A stretch of 64,000 bases of DNA, filler included, from Sphacelaria rigidula (Eukaryota), in the NCBI GenBank assembly GCA_964200075.2. It is 5 parts of 5 records of this genome, joined end to end, with 100 filler letters (N's around TTAATTAATTAA, not from the genome) between each part and the next. Parts side by side here need not be neighbours in the genome. Positions count along the whole stretch, not along the records: positions 25,652 to 38,375 come from CAXNAA020003470.1; 4 more parts are not named here. One strand, given 5' to 3'. The notes under the pieces were generated by a model. The model was not told the DNA's origin. It saw only the letters and a program-made list of their open reading frames with translations, and ran no database searches. The position numbers were made by a program, and so were the translations under genes. Shown piece after piece: positions 25,688 to 38,475 of this stretch. Each line of letters opens with the position of its first letter. The stretch's first letter is position 1.

Positions 25688-25725
25688 CATAATAATAATC
25701 ATAATAATCATAATCATAATAATAA
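25652..25725. repeat. (AAT)n microsatellite at a scaffold start
   Basis: Direct reading. Confidence 0.95.
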
Positions 25726-27137
25726 ATGTCCTGTTTCTCGTAGACACAGTTCCTCCGGACCCGCCACGACGACTTCGCACAACTCACGCGGGTTCGGGGG
25801 ATGCACATTGACGCTTGGGGTAGGCTATATGGACAATTCTCACCCGCAATCAAAAGTAGGGGTTTCAGTCTCACGCAATTACACGGTCACCATTCGCGTA
25901 GTCTTCGGAAACCACACGTCTTGGGATCTGTCCCTCTCCCTTCTACCATTCCTTCGTGATGCTTTTACCCCTCTCAACCTCCCTCCTCGGGACAAGTTCG
26001 CAATCTCACGGGCTCAACCAATTTCCTGTCCGGAACGTGCCAGGTACTTCGGAATCGAGCATTGGATGATGACCATAACCGCTCTCGCACTCCATCAATA
26101 TTCCTCCGGATTTTTTATGAACTTAACGCCCGCACGCTGCTCACGGCAGGAAAGCAGTACAATAATAATGACCATTGTGTGTCGGGATTCGCAAACCCAA
26201 ATATGTATTTTCTTTTTCATCTCCCTTTTTTTGTTCAAGTCCTCGAGCTTCCTTCAGCGAGCGTTTCCGCTTTCATTTATCTTGGATCAGAGTACCGTGT
26301 GACTATGGTTTGTACTCCTAGCGGGTAGGCTAATGTCACTGTGCAACAATCATGAAACAGCAGATCGATCACATCCGCTCAAACAGGCCGATAATGCACA
26401 GGGCTGACCACCGGGACTAGGCGACGATGTGAAGACGGATAGACCTGTTGAAGTCCCATACCGGGCCTGCCCAACCTTCAGGAGCACCACGTGTTTGTTT
26501 TGGAAAAAAAGGCTCAAATTTAGATGTCTGCTCAACCGTCAACAAACCGGGGACCTGGACCCTCATAGCATGTATTGTACTGTCACCCATGATATATATG
26601 AACGGTTAGACGTATCTTCGAAGGAATTGCGAATGGTGGGCATGACGCAACTTTGTTCTGAATGTTCAACTCGAACCTTTTGGAACCCATTGACGGTTTC
26701 TGTTTTTGTGAAATAGCATCATTTTTTTCAGTCATTTTCAAGTCAGAATGATGCCTATTCACAGAAAAAAAAAATCGCCAATGGTCCGTAAAGGGTTATT
26801 GGACTACTCAATGCAGCACGGGAACCAGGAACTCGCGGTACACTTCGGCAAGGCGATTACAATAATGGCCTAATGGCCAAAGATTGGTCGTAAGCCGGCT
26901 CCGAAGGTTTTCAGGTCAACGCGGTACGTTCACGCTCCGCGTTCTCGGCTGATCTGGGTACCTGACACCATCCCCCCCTCACTACACCGAGGGCATCCAC
27001 AGTGAAAGTAAGCCAAACTACCGCTTCCGTTGTATTTATTTTCAACGCTCGCCTATCATGTGACCACGAGTGGGTCCCTGCGGGGTTCAGTTAAAGTGGA
27101 CTATGACAATCGATCAACCGAATCAATCAACGCTCAC

Positions 27138-27466
27138 CTTCCAACTGATCCGGACCCCCCACTCTCATCGTCCGCCCCCGTCGCCCCCGTCGCCCCCGCC
27201 GCCCCCGCCGCCAAGCTCGAGTCCAGCCCTTGTTCTCCCGCAGTGGTGCCGGAGGATGCTGATGCGGTCGATGCTCCCGGCAATGCTGCTGAAGTTTCGG
27301 GGAGCGACAGTGCGGGGTCCTCGTCCTGCATGTTGTAGTCCGCCAAGATCCGTCGCAACTCTTGCTCTGGCACTGAGCGCGGTAGCGGGTGCCGGTACTT
27401 CTTGAGAAGTCGTGCGGACAATTCTTTCTCTTTGGATCCGTACTTTGCGATTATCTCCGCCATCAC
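27138..27466 (-). CDS. Exon of an unidentified protein
   Basis: gtag| acceptor and |gtgag donor. VMAEIIAKYGSKEKELSARLLKKYRHPLP is followed by an Ala/Ser/Gly-rich tract. Confidence 0.65.
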
Positions 27467-27748
27467 CTACGCGGAGCGTAGCAGACAGGGTAGGTTGACT
27501 TGACAGTGGGGTGTTGCATTCGAGAATAACGCAGCTTTTTCTTCTACCGGCTCGGGCTCAATCATGTAGGAAAGCCGAGTCACCCAGACTCTCACATGAA
27601 AGTCCGGTGACTGTCCGATGATACACCAAAGCAAGTGATTTCCTGGAACCATACTAGAAAAACCCAAGTGCTTGGCCAACCCCCCATGTCGACCCCCCCT
27701 TTCCCCCATGCTCCCCACATCGAACTTCGACACTCTAGGGGATTACAC

Positions 27749-27896
27749 GCCTTCAATATTTCTCAAGATGTCCTCTTGGGGAAGGAAGCTCTCCGACGCA
27801 CCACTTGCTTCTAAGGTGCTTGACAATGATTTCTTCATGCTTGTGACGGTAATAGGCTTCAACGTCATCGACCAGACAGAAAGCTCCCGGGAGAAA
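27749..27896 (-). CDS. Probable upstream exon of the same gene
   Basis: ccag| acceptor and |gtgtaa donor. The open frame FSRELSVWSM...EDILRNIEG joins in phase 0 to the 27466 exon. Confidence 0.45.
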
Positions 27897-28143
27897 CTGG
27901 GAACGGACAAATAGATTTAAACTGATTTTCAAACTTTCAGAGACAGTGCAGCAGCTCGTTAGACGGCCAGAGAACGAGTACCAGCATAACGACAAAAACG
28001 GAAGAGCCGCACTCGGTATGTATATATACAAATAAGATAGTGACGAAGCAAGATACCCTCAACCCTTAGACCGCGATGCGGGAAGTTCATGTGGATCACA
28101 CATACTTTTTTCAAATGAAATCGATGCCGATTAAGCAGATGAC

Positions 28144-28380
28144 CTGCCCTCGCGGTCGAAGGGTTGAGACACGCTGTTCAGCCGCGTAGGGAAGCGCAGT
28201 AGTCGAAATATTTGAAGAGGAGACGCCCTCCCTCGTTATATTTATATCCTCTAGAGGCTGCCTACTGCTCCTCCTGTTGCACGCGGCTGAGAGCTCTTTG
28301 TATTTCTCGCATCCAAGGATGACGCAGAGCGCCAAACAGTCCCGCGTCAATGGCGCCAATATCTGATCGATGCAGACGAC
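28144..28380 (-). CDS. Possible further exon
   Basis: ccag|...cag|gtcatc boundaries and open frame VVCIDQILAPL...LRPRGQ. Phase compatibility with the next exon is not established. Confidence 0.35.
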
Positions 28381-30379
28381 CTGGGAGCGAAGCCTACGCC
28401 TTCTTCCACGGTGGGAATGACGCGGGACGGTAGTACTGTATATGCACCACAATACACTTTGTGGGACAAGGATGCGGGAGGCTGCAGTAACGTACAAAGG
28501 TCGAAACAGACACTGCCGAGAGCCCCTGGTGGTTGATGACTGCCGTGAGTACGTGGAGACTGTTTTGGGAAACAAAATATACACGTAGGGGAGTTGCAAG
28601 TGAGGATACACTCAGGCCCCACAAACCGACAGAGAGCGCATAGATACCGACCAACCCTGCCCCAGTTTGCTCCTGAATTCGAGAGCTTTGGCCCTACCCC
28701 GCTCCAACCCACAGAAGAAGCGACACACGCCACACGCGCGAAGTGAATCGAGGAACCCGCCAGCGCATACTTGAGCGCTGCTGCACGTATAGGTGTGATG
28801 CTCAGCGGAAAGAGTGAGCAGCTCGAGAACACACATTCAGCACATGAGCACAGCTGCACGCACACAGGTGATGTTCAGCGGACAGGATGACCAGCTCGAG
28901 GACACACATGATGCAGCCGTTTGAACGCGTGGTTCCGCTTCGCCAGCTCTGCCAGGTCCGGCAGAACGCGATGCCGCTACCCTCGACGAGGAGACACCCG
29001 CGTCGGAGTAGCAGATATCTCCTCTGTATTCTCCAGAGGCGACTCTGTATTACTCGTGCCGAGTCCTTTATTCTCCAAAGGCGGCCCTCATTGGTCCACC
29101 TCCAACGCTTCGTCGCACAAAACATCGCCCGAGTAAAACACAGACAATCAATGGCCTCTGACAGCGGTTGTGGTGTGAACCATCACTCATCATCTCCTTC
29201 GCACCGCCGCATTCACCGCGGTGCCCGTATCTATTGTCCGTAGACCGCTGCACTGCTGCATGTCAACTGTCATTCACATCCTACAACATGCAGAAAATAC
29301 GGACAGCACCGTACTGTCTCTACTGCGCGTCGTTCAAGCCGTTGTTGGTACAGCCCATGGTTGCACATATCCCGCTAGACTCTCCGCCGAAATATTGTAC
29401 CGAAACCAGACCCGGAGCCCGAAGGACCACCACTATGGTCACGGAATTTTCCTTCAAGCATTTAGGCGGCGGCGGCAAGATGCCACCCGCCAAACAAAAT
29501 GAACAGAACGGCAGGAAAAAGCGTAAGTCAGGTCGACTATTCCTACGAGAGTGTGGCGCTTCCAGTAAGTGAAATGTTTGCATGCATTGACGGGGTAAGA
29601 CGTGCTTGGGCGCCGCGGCCGCTTTATGCTGCAGACGGCGCGATGCCACCAACATACTCTCCACTCTCCACTCTCCACACTCTCTCTGCTTCCTCATGCA
29701 CACACTCGGTCGCAAAAGAAAGCTCAAACGGTTGTTTTGACGAGTAATTTTAAAATAATGGAAATGAACCCATTAGGCGGGCACCCCCCAGGCGCATCTC
29801 TTGTCTACTTTGCTCTATTGAATGTGACAAGAATGCACACACGAACGAAAGTACAAACATGAAAAAACACGCCTCCGAAAAAAAAAAATATATATATAGG
29901 GGGGGGAAAGTCGAACGCACCAGGAATCGAATTCCAGGCCGCTGATGTGAAGGGAAAAAAAAAACGAAACAACCCACCCAGCAACCACGGGTACATCCTA
30001 ATATGAACTCTCACTGCGTACAACAATCTTTGCCGAATATCTTACAGAACCGTACATGAAAAAGCTTTATCAGAAACGTTTTCGATCAACTGGTTTGGAA
30101 TCAATAGAGAGGTGTCAAGGCCACAGCTTCAGTGGCGCAACGTGCTTGGGGCGCGGTGTGCGTTAAAACAGCGGATACCAGCATTGTGCTTGTTTCCGAT
30201 ATTCAACACTCGTTGTCTGATGATATCAATCGGGCACGCAGGTAGCAACGGATCCTGCCCCGTGTAACAAACCTTCACCCGGTAATGGATCAACGCATGA
30301 AAAAACACAGCTAAGAAACACCCTTTAGGCTTTGTTATATAACTGAGGATTGAGGGCTTAACATTCCCGCCCCAAGTTT

Positions 30380-33300
30380 CTCGACAGCTCTAGGTCGAGC
30401 TCCTCTCGTGCGAACTGTGGGTTCTGTCACGGACCCTTACAACAGACAGTACCAGAACATCCGTAACGGGCGTGACGACAGTCTAGCCGCCACGAGAGTG
30501 CTTATGGCGGTATTTCTCTCAGGGTACCAACTTAGAGTACGGCCGTTTCGGGTTTGTACGTTCACATTTTGGTGGGTGACCAACTTCCGCTTTGTCGAGG
30601 TCTTGCGGAGTATTCTACTATCCGACAAAGTGAAACGTTAGGCACGTCTAGTTCCACGCCAGACGCGGCCAGCAACAGCACTCGTGCGCACAGAGTAGCG
30701 CTCGCAGCTCAGAGAACAGAGTACCATTTCACCCTTGAAATCCCGCACCGTGACAGGTTGAAGTAGCAACCGCTCGCGATCTGTAGACGTTCATCCTCCG
30801 CCACGCTGATTCCTCCACCGCCGATCGACGCGTGCTGGGTCAGCTATCCGTGCTGATTGTGACTATATCTCTTTCCAGGATGGTTTCTTGTCTGGGTTCA
30901 ATAAAACTGATACTGTGGAACACGACCGTTTCAACTGGAACACCAAAATTTTATAATTCACCGGCACAAAAGCCTACATATCATCACTGCCCCGGCCTTG
31001 ACCTTCGAGCCGCCGAGGCCGCGTCGGCCGATAGAAGCCAGCGACCCCTGAAAATGCACAGCAATACGGGTCGTACGGAGATTCAGTAGCACATGCTGTC
31101 AAAGACCTCCGTGCCACAGTCACGCGGAAACTCGGTGATTCCTGCGGTCGAATTACCCCCCCGCGTTTACGCCTTACGATGGTTACCACCCGTGACACAG
31201 TCGGTCCCCTCCCCCGACCGTAGCCCGGAGCCGCCGAGGCCGGGTTGAGCCAGCTGAAGGCAGCGACCCCTGAAAAAGTACAACACTCGGCTTTGGTGGA
31301 GAATAAGTGACTCCTTCTGTCAAACTGCTTCGCGCCACAGTAGTGCGGGACTGAGGGACAACCACTGTCACACTGCCCGCACCATACAGTGGTCACTACC
31401 CGTAACATTGCTGCTACGTGCCGACGATGTCAGAACAGGCCCTCCCCCTGCCGACGGGGGTCGCTTATCTGAGTAATCATCACCGCCGCCAAAAGATTTG
31501 TTGCCGTAGCTCTAACCGCAGGCGGCGACGTGCGGGGAAGCATAAACTTCCACTTGATTAAGGTCGACATGCGCGGGAGCCGCTGAACCCCGTGCAGGAG
31601 AGACGAAGCAAGATCGGGAGTAGGCGGGAGAGACCGTAGCGGCGGAGAGTAGCCCACGAGTGGTGGATCAGACACCAGAAGAAAAGGGACAAAGAGAGAA
31701 CAGAGAAAGGAGGAAAGGAAAGACCAGATGGACGAGTAGCCAAACACAGACTCGCGTCAATCACTCTGCTGTAAGGGATGTGTCTCGATCTAAAGAGCTG
31801 GTGGTTGTCACCTAGAATGTGTGTATCATAGCCGAGAAAGAAACCAACGGCGCAGACCACGCAGAGGACCTGACACCATTTGCATCCAAGTACGACTGTA
31901 ACTTCGCCGCCCTTCAAGAAACCCGCCGCGATGGAAGAACAACCTGCCAAGCACCAACCGCGGCGTATATCATCCACTGCAGTGTCCACTGCAATGGAGA
32001 TGGGGTAAACCGGGAACGCTAGGAGTCGGCCTTGCCATTAAGGAGTCTATCGCCAGCACGCTAAGCCTGGAATGTATCGTCCCCTAACATATCAGTGCAA
32101 GTATGCGTAAGGTGCGAGTGGTATTCAGACATGGAGTTGTCATGAGCTTTATCGTGAGGTATGCTCCCACTGAAACAGCAGGCACCTCTGACAAGACCAA
32201 CTTTATGGCTGAAGTGCCCACCGAAGAGCACCTGATACCTTGGATGGATGCCAATGATCGCACCGGAAAAAGCGAAGGCGGAGGCCTGGATGACGATCGG
32301 AAATTGGGGGAGTATGACCAAGACACCCGACATGATAACGGCAGACCACTGCTGAAATGCGTTGCGGAACAAAAAACGGCAATCACCAACGCACTTTTTC
32401 GCACGCCAACCAGCGGGGAAAGCTCAGCCGCACACACATGTGCAAGGCTGAAAGCCGGACACCGCTGGCGCCTGGACTACATCCTGGTACGTCAGCAATA
32501 CGGAGGACTCGTCCGAAACGCCACGGTGCACCCCAAGATGAAGTGGGATAATCGACCGGTCCCAGCATTCATCCGTCTCCTCGGACGGGGCTCACCAAAC
32601 CGCCGACCAAAACCGGGAGGGGGGAACAGCGGAGTGCGCTCCGACCGGAAAGTACTCACATCCGACCAGGGTTGGAGCGCGATTGTCTCGCAGACCACTG
32701 TTACCAAGCTCCCGAGAGCCCCCAACTCCACGGCAATCGTGGACATCAACGACATTGCATCTACCTTCGCCAGCGCCCTGCGACAGACGGCCGCGCGCGG
32801 ATGAACTCCCCCGCTGCGAATAGCCTTCCATCTAGAGGTTTCCGTGAGTCGCCAATGGGCTCAGGATCGCCTCCAAGAAGCGTGGAACATCAGGGAACGT
32901 GTATGGGAGAAGCTGCGCGCCAGCCCCAAAGACATTGCCCCGATTTAGGCGCTGAAGGTGGCAAACAAGTCGTTTCAGCGGGTGAAGGACGCTGAACTGC
33001 ATACCTTCATTCACGAGTTCACCGTCTGGACAGCGGAGTTTGCTCGTAAGAAAGATCCGGCAGGGCTGTATCAACACATTAAGTTATTCGAATAGCAAGG
33101 GAAGGAAGGGTGTGGCTCATGCTACATCAGGGGTATGGTCGACGAGTTGTTGCGGGACAAGCAAGCTATTCTACGACGGTGGAAAGAGTGGTTTGAAACG
33201 CGTCTGAACGCATCTCGCCTACGCTCGACCACTCTGCCATCGATCTCATCGAACAGTCGCCGGAGCACGCACCGCTCGCGGCCGAGCCGTCGATGAAAGA

Positions 33301-35070
33301 AGTGAAGGATGCTAACCCAGTGTAGGGCAAGGTCATTGGGGCTGGAAACATATGTGGCGCAAAGCTCGGCCTTACCGACAACTCTTCCATCCACAGTGTG
33401 GCCTCAGGAAGTAGTGCCCCTAGGAATATAAAGACACCATAATCAAGGTGCTCTCCAAGAAACAGAACCCGTACGTATGCGGCAAATACCGCGATATTTC
33501 GCTCGGGCCCCACGCGGCCCACGTGGTTCTTCGCGGTAGTTGCGCCTACCGCGAGTGGAAGGGAATCTTCCCAGAAGCTCAATTCAGCTTCCGACGCGGC
33601 CGATTGACGCTCGACATGATGTAGGCTGTGCGCAGACTCCAAGAACAGACCAGAGAGAATAATTTCCCACTGTACATGTGCTTCATCGACTTCCAAAAGG
33701 CGTACGACTCAGTGGACCGCTCTCTTCTCTGGAAGGTCCAAGCACGATACGGCATCCCCGCCAAGATGATACCCAGGATCCACCAGTTCCACGACGGCAT
33801 CCGGGTGGGCGTGGGCATTGACAGTGGCAAGAGGTCGGGGTGGTTTGACGTTAACCAGGGCCTCCGCCGAGGCTGTGTGCTCGCCGCGGTTTATTCAGCA
33901 TCTTCTTCGCGGCGATGCTGACGGTGACGTTCGACCGCCTCTCGATCAATAAAGGGGTGGCGAAAGATTTCATCCGCATCACTGAAAGCAGCGGGAGGAC
34001 CAGGGACGAATTTAGCAAAGTGCTTGGGGCCATGCTATACGCCTACGACGCTGGCATCGTCTCGCAACCTCAAGTAAGCCTGGGAAAGACGATGACGGTC
34101 ATCGCCGAAGTATGTGCGGCGTTCGGTCACGTCGTGGCGAAAAGGAGACGGAAACCATGCACGTGCGCTTCCCGAGCATTGAGGCGGAAGTGGTCGACGT
34201 GAAGGCAGCACGCCAAAAGGTTCAAGCGAGTATTTCCTGCATCTCGGCGGCAAAATCAGCAGCATCGGCGATGTCATTCCTGAGGTCCACAGCCGCATTG
34301 GCCAGGCCTGGACGTGCTTCTGCAAGTACAGCAGAGCGATAAACAACAACCCCTGCCTCGCCCTGGCCACTGGGCTTCGTCTTCTGAAGGAAGAAGTGAT
34401 AGAGGACATGCTATACGGCTGCGTAACCCGGACGATCGCGCCGGACAAATTCGGCGACTTGCGGAATGCCCGCTACGCGCTTCTGCTGAGGATCCTCAAG
34501 AAGCAGATCTCATACCGCAGCGCTCTCGACTACCGCATGCTGCCATGCCGCGAAGTCCTCGGAAGACCTGACTGCGCGTGCATCGCGGCCACCGTGTAAG
34601 GCAAATCCTCCTACACGCCGGCCATGTCGTGCGCATGCAGGACAAATACCTCTCCGACATCGTCATGTTTGGAGTGAGAGTGGGAGGGGAGACGAAGGCC
34701 AGCCGACCATTGAGACGCCTGTAACACAGTGTCACTGCAGACTGCTCCGACGTCGGAATAAAGCCGACATCATGGACGCAGGTTACCTTAGATCATTCGA
34801 AATGGTTCCGGATCGTCGAGAAGGGGGCCAAGATCTCTATGACAGCCTGGACCAAAGCGTGCCATGTGTGCGTTTTACCACACCCCGACCAACCAGGGTG
34901 GAAGTTTTTTCTCTGCTGTTTTCTTGGCTTCTCTCTCTCTTCGTTTTATTTTGTATCATTCTGTTTGTTTCCGGAGTCTCAGAAGAAGCAATGAGAGCTC
35001 CATTTCTTGTAAGGAATAGCAAAAACGGATTTGGAAAGGAGAGCGTACGTCTGTATCCACCAGTTTGAGA
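30380..35070 (+). mobile_element. Degenerate RTE-clade LINE (APE-RT remnants about 31805-34880); boundaries approximate
   Basis: APE motifs FAALQETRR, YAPTE, MDANDRTG and LDYILV. RT motifs FIDFQKAYDSVDR, QGLRRGCVLA and MLYAYDAGIV. Many stops and frameshifts. Confidence 0.88.
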
Positions 35071-35132
35071 GATAGGGCTGATATGCGGAAATATTGGAAT
35101 AAAAGATAAAAATGAGAGGGATAAGAATATAT

Positions 35133-35161
35133 CCACCACCGACACCACCACCACCACCACC

Positions 35162-35210
<49 letters not shown>
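35133..35210. repeat. Compound (CAC)n(AAC)n microsatellite
   Basis: Direct reading. Confidence 0.95.
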
Positions 35211-36257
35211 CAATAAAAATAATCAAATACATTGAAAGCGTAATGTCTCTCCGCCCCGCTCTTGAATCAAATGTTCAGCGAAGCTTTCCATACTTTGTTC
35301 AGTACAAAAGTGAAGCATCGGAATCCGTTTTCCCAACCGCTGTCTGCACCTGCAGAAGAAACTAGGTCACTGGCAACCACAGACATGCACATGTACTCTG
35401 AAATCAAGGCAAATGCGGACAAATATGTCTCTGCCACCGCACTGTGTCTGCGCAATATATGCACGCTGAAGTAGCTGGGTCGGCCGTCTGCCAAGCGTGT
35501 GCGATAGGTTCGGCGGCGGTCTCCGTGCTATATTACTGCTGCTGCTTTTGCCGCTAGCTCGTGCTGACCTGTCGGTGCATGAGTGTGTGACCTGTGCTGC
35601 TGTGTTTGTGCGTGCCGTACCTCTCCATCGCCATCCGCCCAATGTAATGGACAGAGGCAACGACGGTATATGACAGACATGTATATGTCTTTTCGCACAT
35701 CAGTCTGAAATCAAGACTTATATGGACAAATAAGCTCGCTGATCTTTCTTCAAAACGACTACATACACACGAAACACGACTACTCACCAACTGCCTCACA
35801 TTCACCGACTGCCTCGCACCGTACGCACGCACCAATGGTCACCGACTAGTGCGCAACACGTATCCCGAACGACCAGCTCCTTCTTGTTAAAGGGTAGTGT
35901 TGAGTAAACACCATGGATTCATCTTGTCTTGTTTAATATCTTTACTTTGATGCTACGTCAGAAGAGGTGTTGGTGTTATGTGCTGGCTCCGTCGTGCGCG
36001 TGTGGATTCAAAAATGGTGTTGGTTGGACCGGCGGGTCTGCACTAATGATCTGTGGAACTGGTTCTGCTCGGCGGGCAGGTCCTGTGAATCTGCCTGCGC
36101 CCGCATATATACACCGAGCGGTCTGCAGTAGTGCCCAGATATTGAACTAAACACCACTTCCAGAACCGCCGCATTTCTGCACACGCGCAGATCAGGGCTT
36201 CGATATGGACCAGGGCTGTCCACCAACTCAAGAAATGGATGACTTGACTACTTGTGA

Positions 36258-37274
36258 TATTTGCTCCAAAGTCTGCTTGACTAATCACGAGTATTTGATT
36301 GAATCAACTGGAATTGGTGACTTGATTAAATCAACTGATTATGAACAGTTGATAATTTTGAAAGTGTCAGAGAAGAAAGTATGACTCAGTTGGCGAATAT
36401 TTCATGGTAAAGCAGTTCACTGCACACGCGCACGCCAGCATTGTTCTTTGTACTACTACGGCCACATCAATACACACCACCTGTACTGTAGTAGCAAGAC
36501 GTTCACTCAATACACCATGCAACAGTCTCCTCGTGTGGTGCTGGAGTAACCCCATCATTGGACATGTCGATACACAGTAGGTCACCTTGTGGGTGCGACG
36601 GATAAATAGGTACGGTATCACCCTACCCACTACCCATAAACGATCGTCAGAGATACGACACCCACAGCTTCCATGATATGCATATCACAACGTTTTGTTT
36701 CGTTTTCGTCCGGGGTCGGCAAGCAGTACTTGGAGACACCTCATGCTCTACATTAAAATGAACAGTGCCACCCAAAAGGCAGAATCCGTTCACGTCCAGC
36801 TTGACTCTTGTGAAGTGAGGGAGAACAGTCCGATGCGGCGTTGCCAACGTCGGGTGCAGCACCTGCACCACGACCGAGCGCGCCACTCACGGTGTAGCGT
36901 TGCGTGTAACCCTGATCGTACTGCTGTACTGCTGTGCTGTGTGGCGTACGGTCTGTTGTGTATTGCTACTGCTATGTGTGGACAATGATGAGGATCTGCT
37001 GCAGCCGTGTACCGTCGTCTTGAGTAAACCCACCGTTAGCTCCAGCGCGCCGAGGGCAAAAAAATACGACGCAAAGGCCGCTTATATTCTCGTAGATCCA
37101 TCGTTTGCTCCAGCGCGCCAAAGGCAAAAAAATACGACGCAAAGGCCTCTTTTGTTGTCGTAAATGATCAATCAATCACGATTAGTTGATGAATCAACGA
37201 ATCAACCCAATTGAGCCAATTATCAACAGCAAGTTGATGCGATCATGATTAATAAGCTCAACTTTGAACTAATA
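36258..37274 (+). mobile_element. About 1-kb TIR element, possibly an internally deleted hAT transposon
   Basis: Imperfect TIR tatttgctccaaagtctgcttgactaatcacga versus tcatgattaataagctcaactttgaactaata. Subterminal ATCAAC/GTTGAT clusters at both ends and weak hAT-like peptide remnants inside. Confidence 0.55.
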
Positions 37275-38236
37275 ACCAGACCTTTGCTAATCGTTGGCGT
37301 ACAACCTTAATATGGACAAAACTATTTCTCGAGAAGACTGACAACCGGCCGTTGTTGGGGCAATCAACTTTGAAAAATGGTTTTTCGAAACGTGATGCAT
37401 CACTTTCGATAAGAACCCGCTTAGAGGCGTGTTTTAGCACAGTACAGTGGGAAAAAAACAATCCGATCTGACAGGTCATCACCTCAACATAAATGGTCTA
37501 AGACACTCCCTGAGGAGATATATCGGAGTGCGGAAAGGAGGGGTCTGAAGACAACGGTCGTTCATCATAAACTTGACCATGGCCTCGTAAGGGGGGCGTG
37601 GTGTCGACTACATCCACACGACACCGCAAAGGAGAGGTCTGTGGAGACTATGACGGCTACGGCAAGCCAGCGGGGTTCGAAAATATCGCGAATGGCTACC
37701 GCCAGGCGTTTCAGGATGTAAACGCAGCAAACACCTCAACGCCTGCGGGTACGCCATCGACGCGGGCCAGGAACAAGTCATCGCGACCCTCAACGATGGT
37801 CTTCGATCTCGAGTTGGTGCATACGACCTGTGCGTTGCCCATGCGATACAGGCAGCCGATGCCTGACTACTACCGGCGAGGATCGACGAACTAGGAATCG
37901 ATGCTCTTTGAATTCGTTTCTGTACATCCGGTGGGGGGTTAGACGAGTGACGGGGGGCTTTTCTACTCGGTTTGGCCCTTGCTTCTTTGGAATAGATGCT
38001 CTATGAATGTAGCGCTGCCGGGTTGGCGCCAACACGGTCAGGCTTCCTTCTTCCGGAGTGGTTACGGTTAGTAGTGGGGTTGGAAGTCATTATCTCCCTA
38101 TACTCATAAGTTATGGTCCAGGTCAGGGTCATTCTTGCTTTTCGTCATTTTGTTCAAAGCCTCCACGCGTGCGAGACCCGTGGCGTTGATACCCGCGGCA
38201 GTGCTGCCACGCGCGTCAGCCGTGGCTCACCACTCG

Positions 38237-38263
38237 TAGTAGCAATAGTAGTAGCAGTAGTAC

Positions 38264-38350
<87 letters not shown>

Positions 38351-38375
38351 AGTAGTAGTAATGGTAGTAGCAGCA
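38237..38375. repeat. (GTA)n microsatellite at a scaffold end
   Basis: Direct reading. Confidence 0.95.
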
Positions 38376-38475
38376 NNNNNNNNNNNNNNNNNNNNNNNNN
38401 NNNNNNNNNNNNNNNNNNNTTAATTAATTAANNNNNNNNNNNNNNNNNNNNNNNNNNNNNNNNNNNNNNNNNNNN
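38376..38475. other. Artificial scaffold spacer
   Basis: 44 N, TTAATTAATTAA, 44 N. Confidence 0.98.

Noticed and set aside
34956-35213. Poly-Cys/Trp, poly-Val and His-rich ORFs (also 38113-38355 and 21426-21713)
   Set aside because: They are translations of trinucleotide microsatellites.
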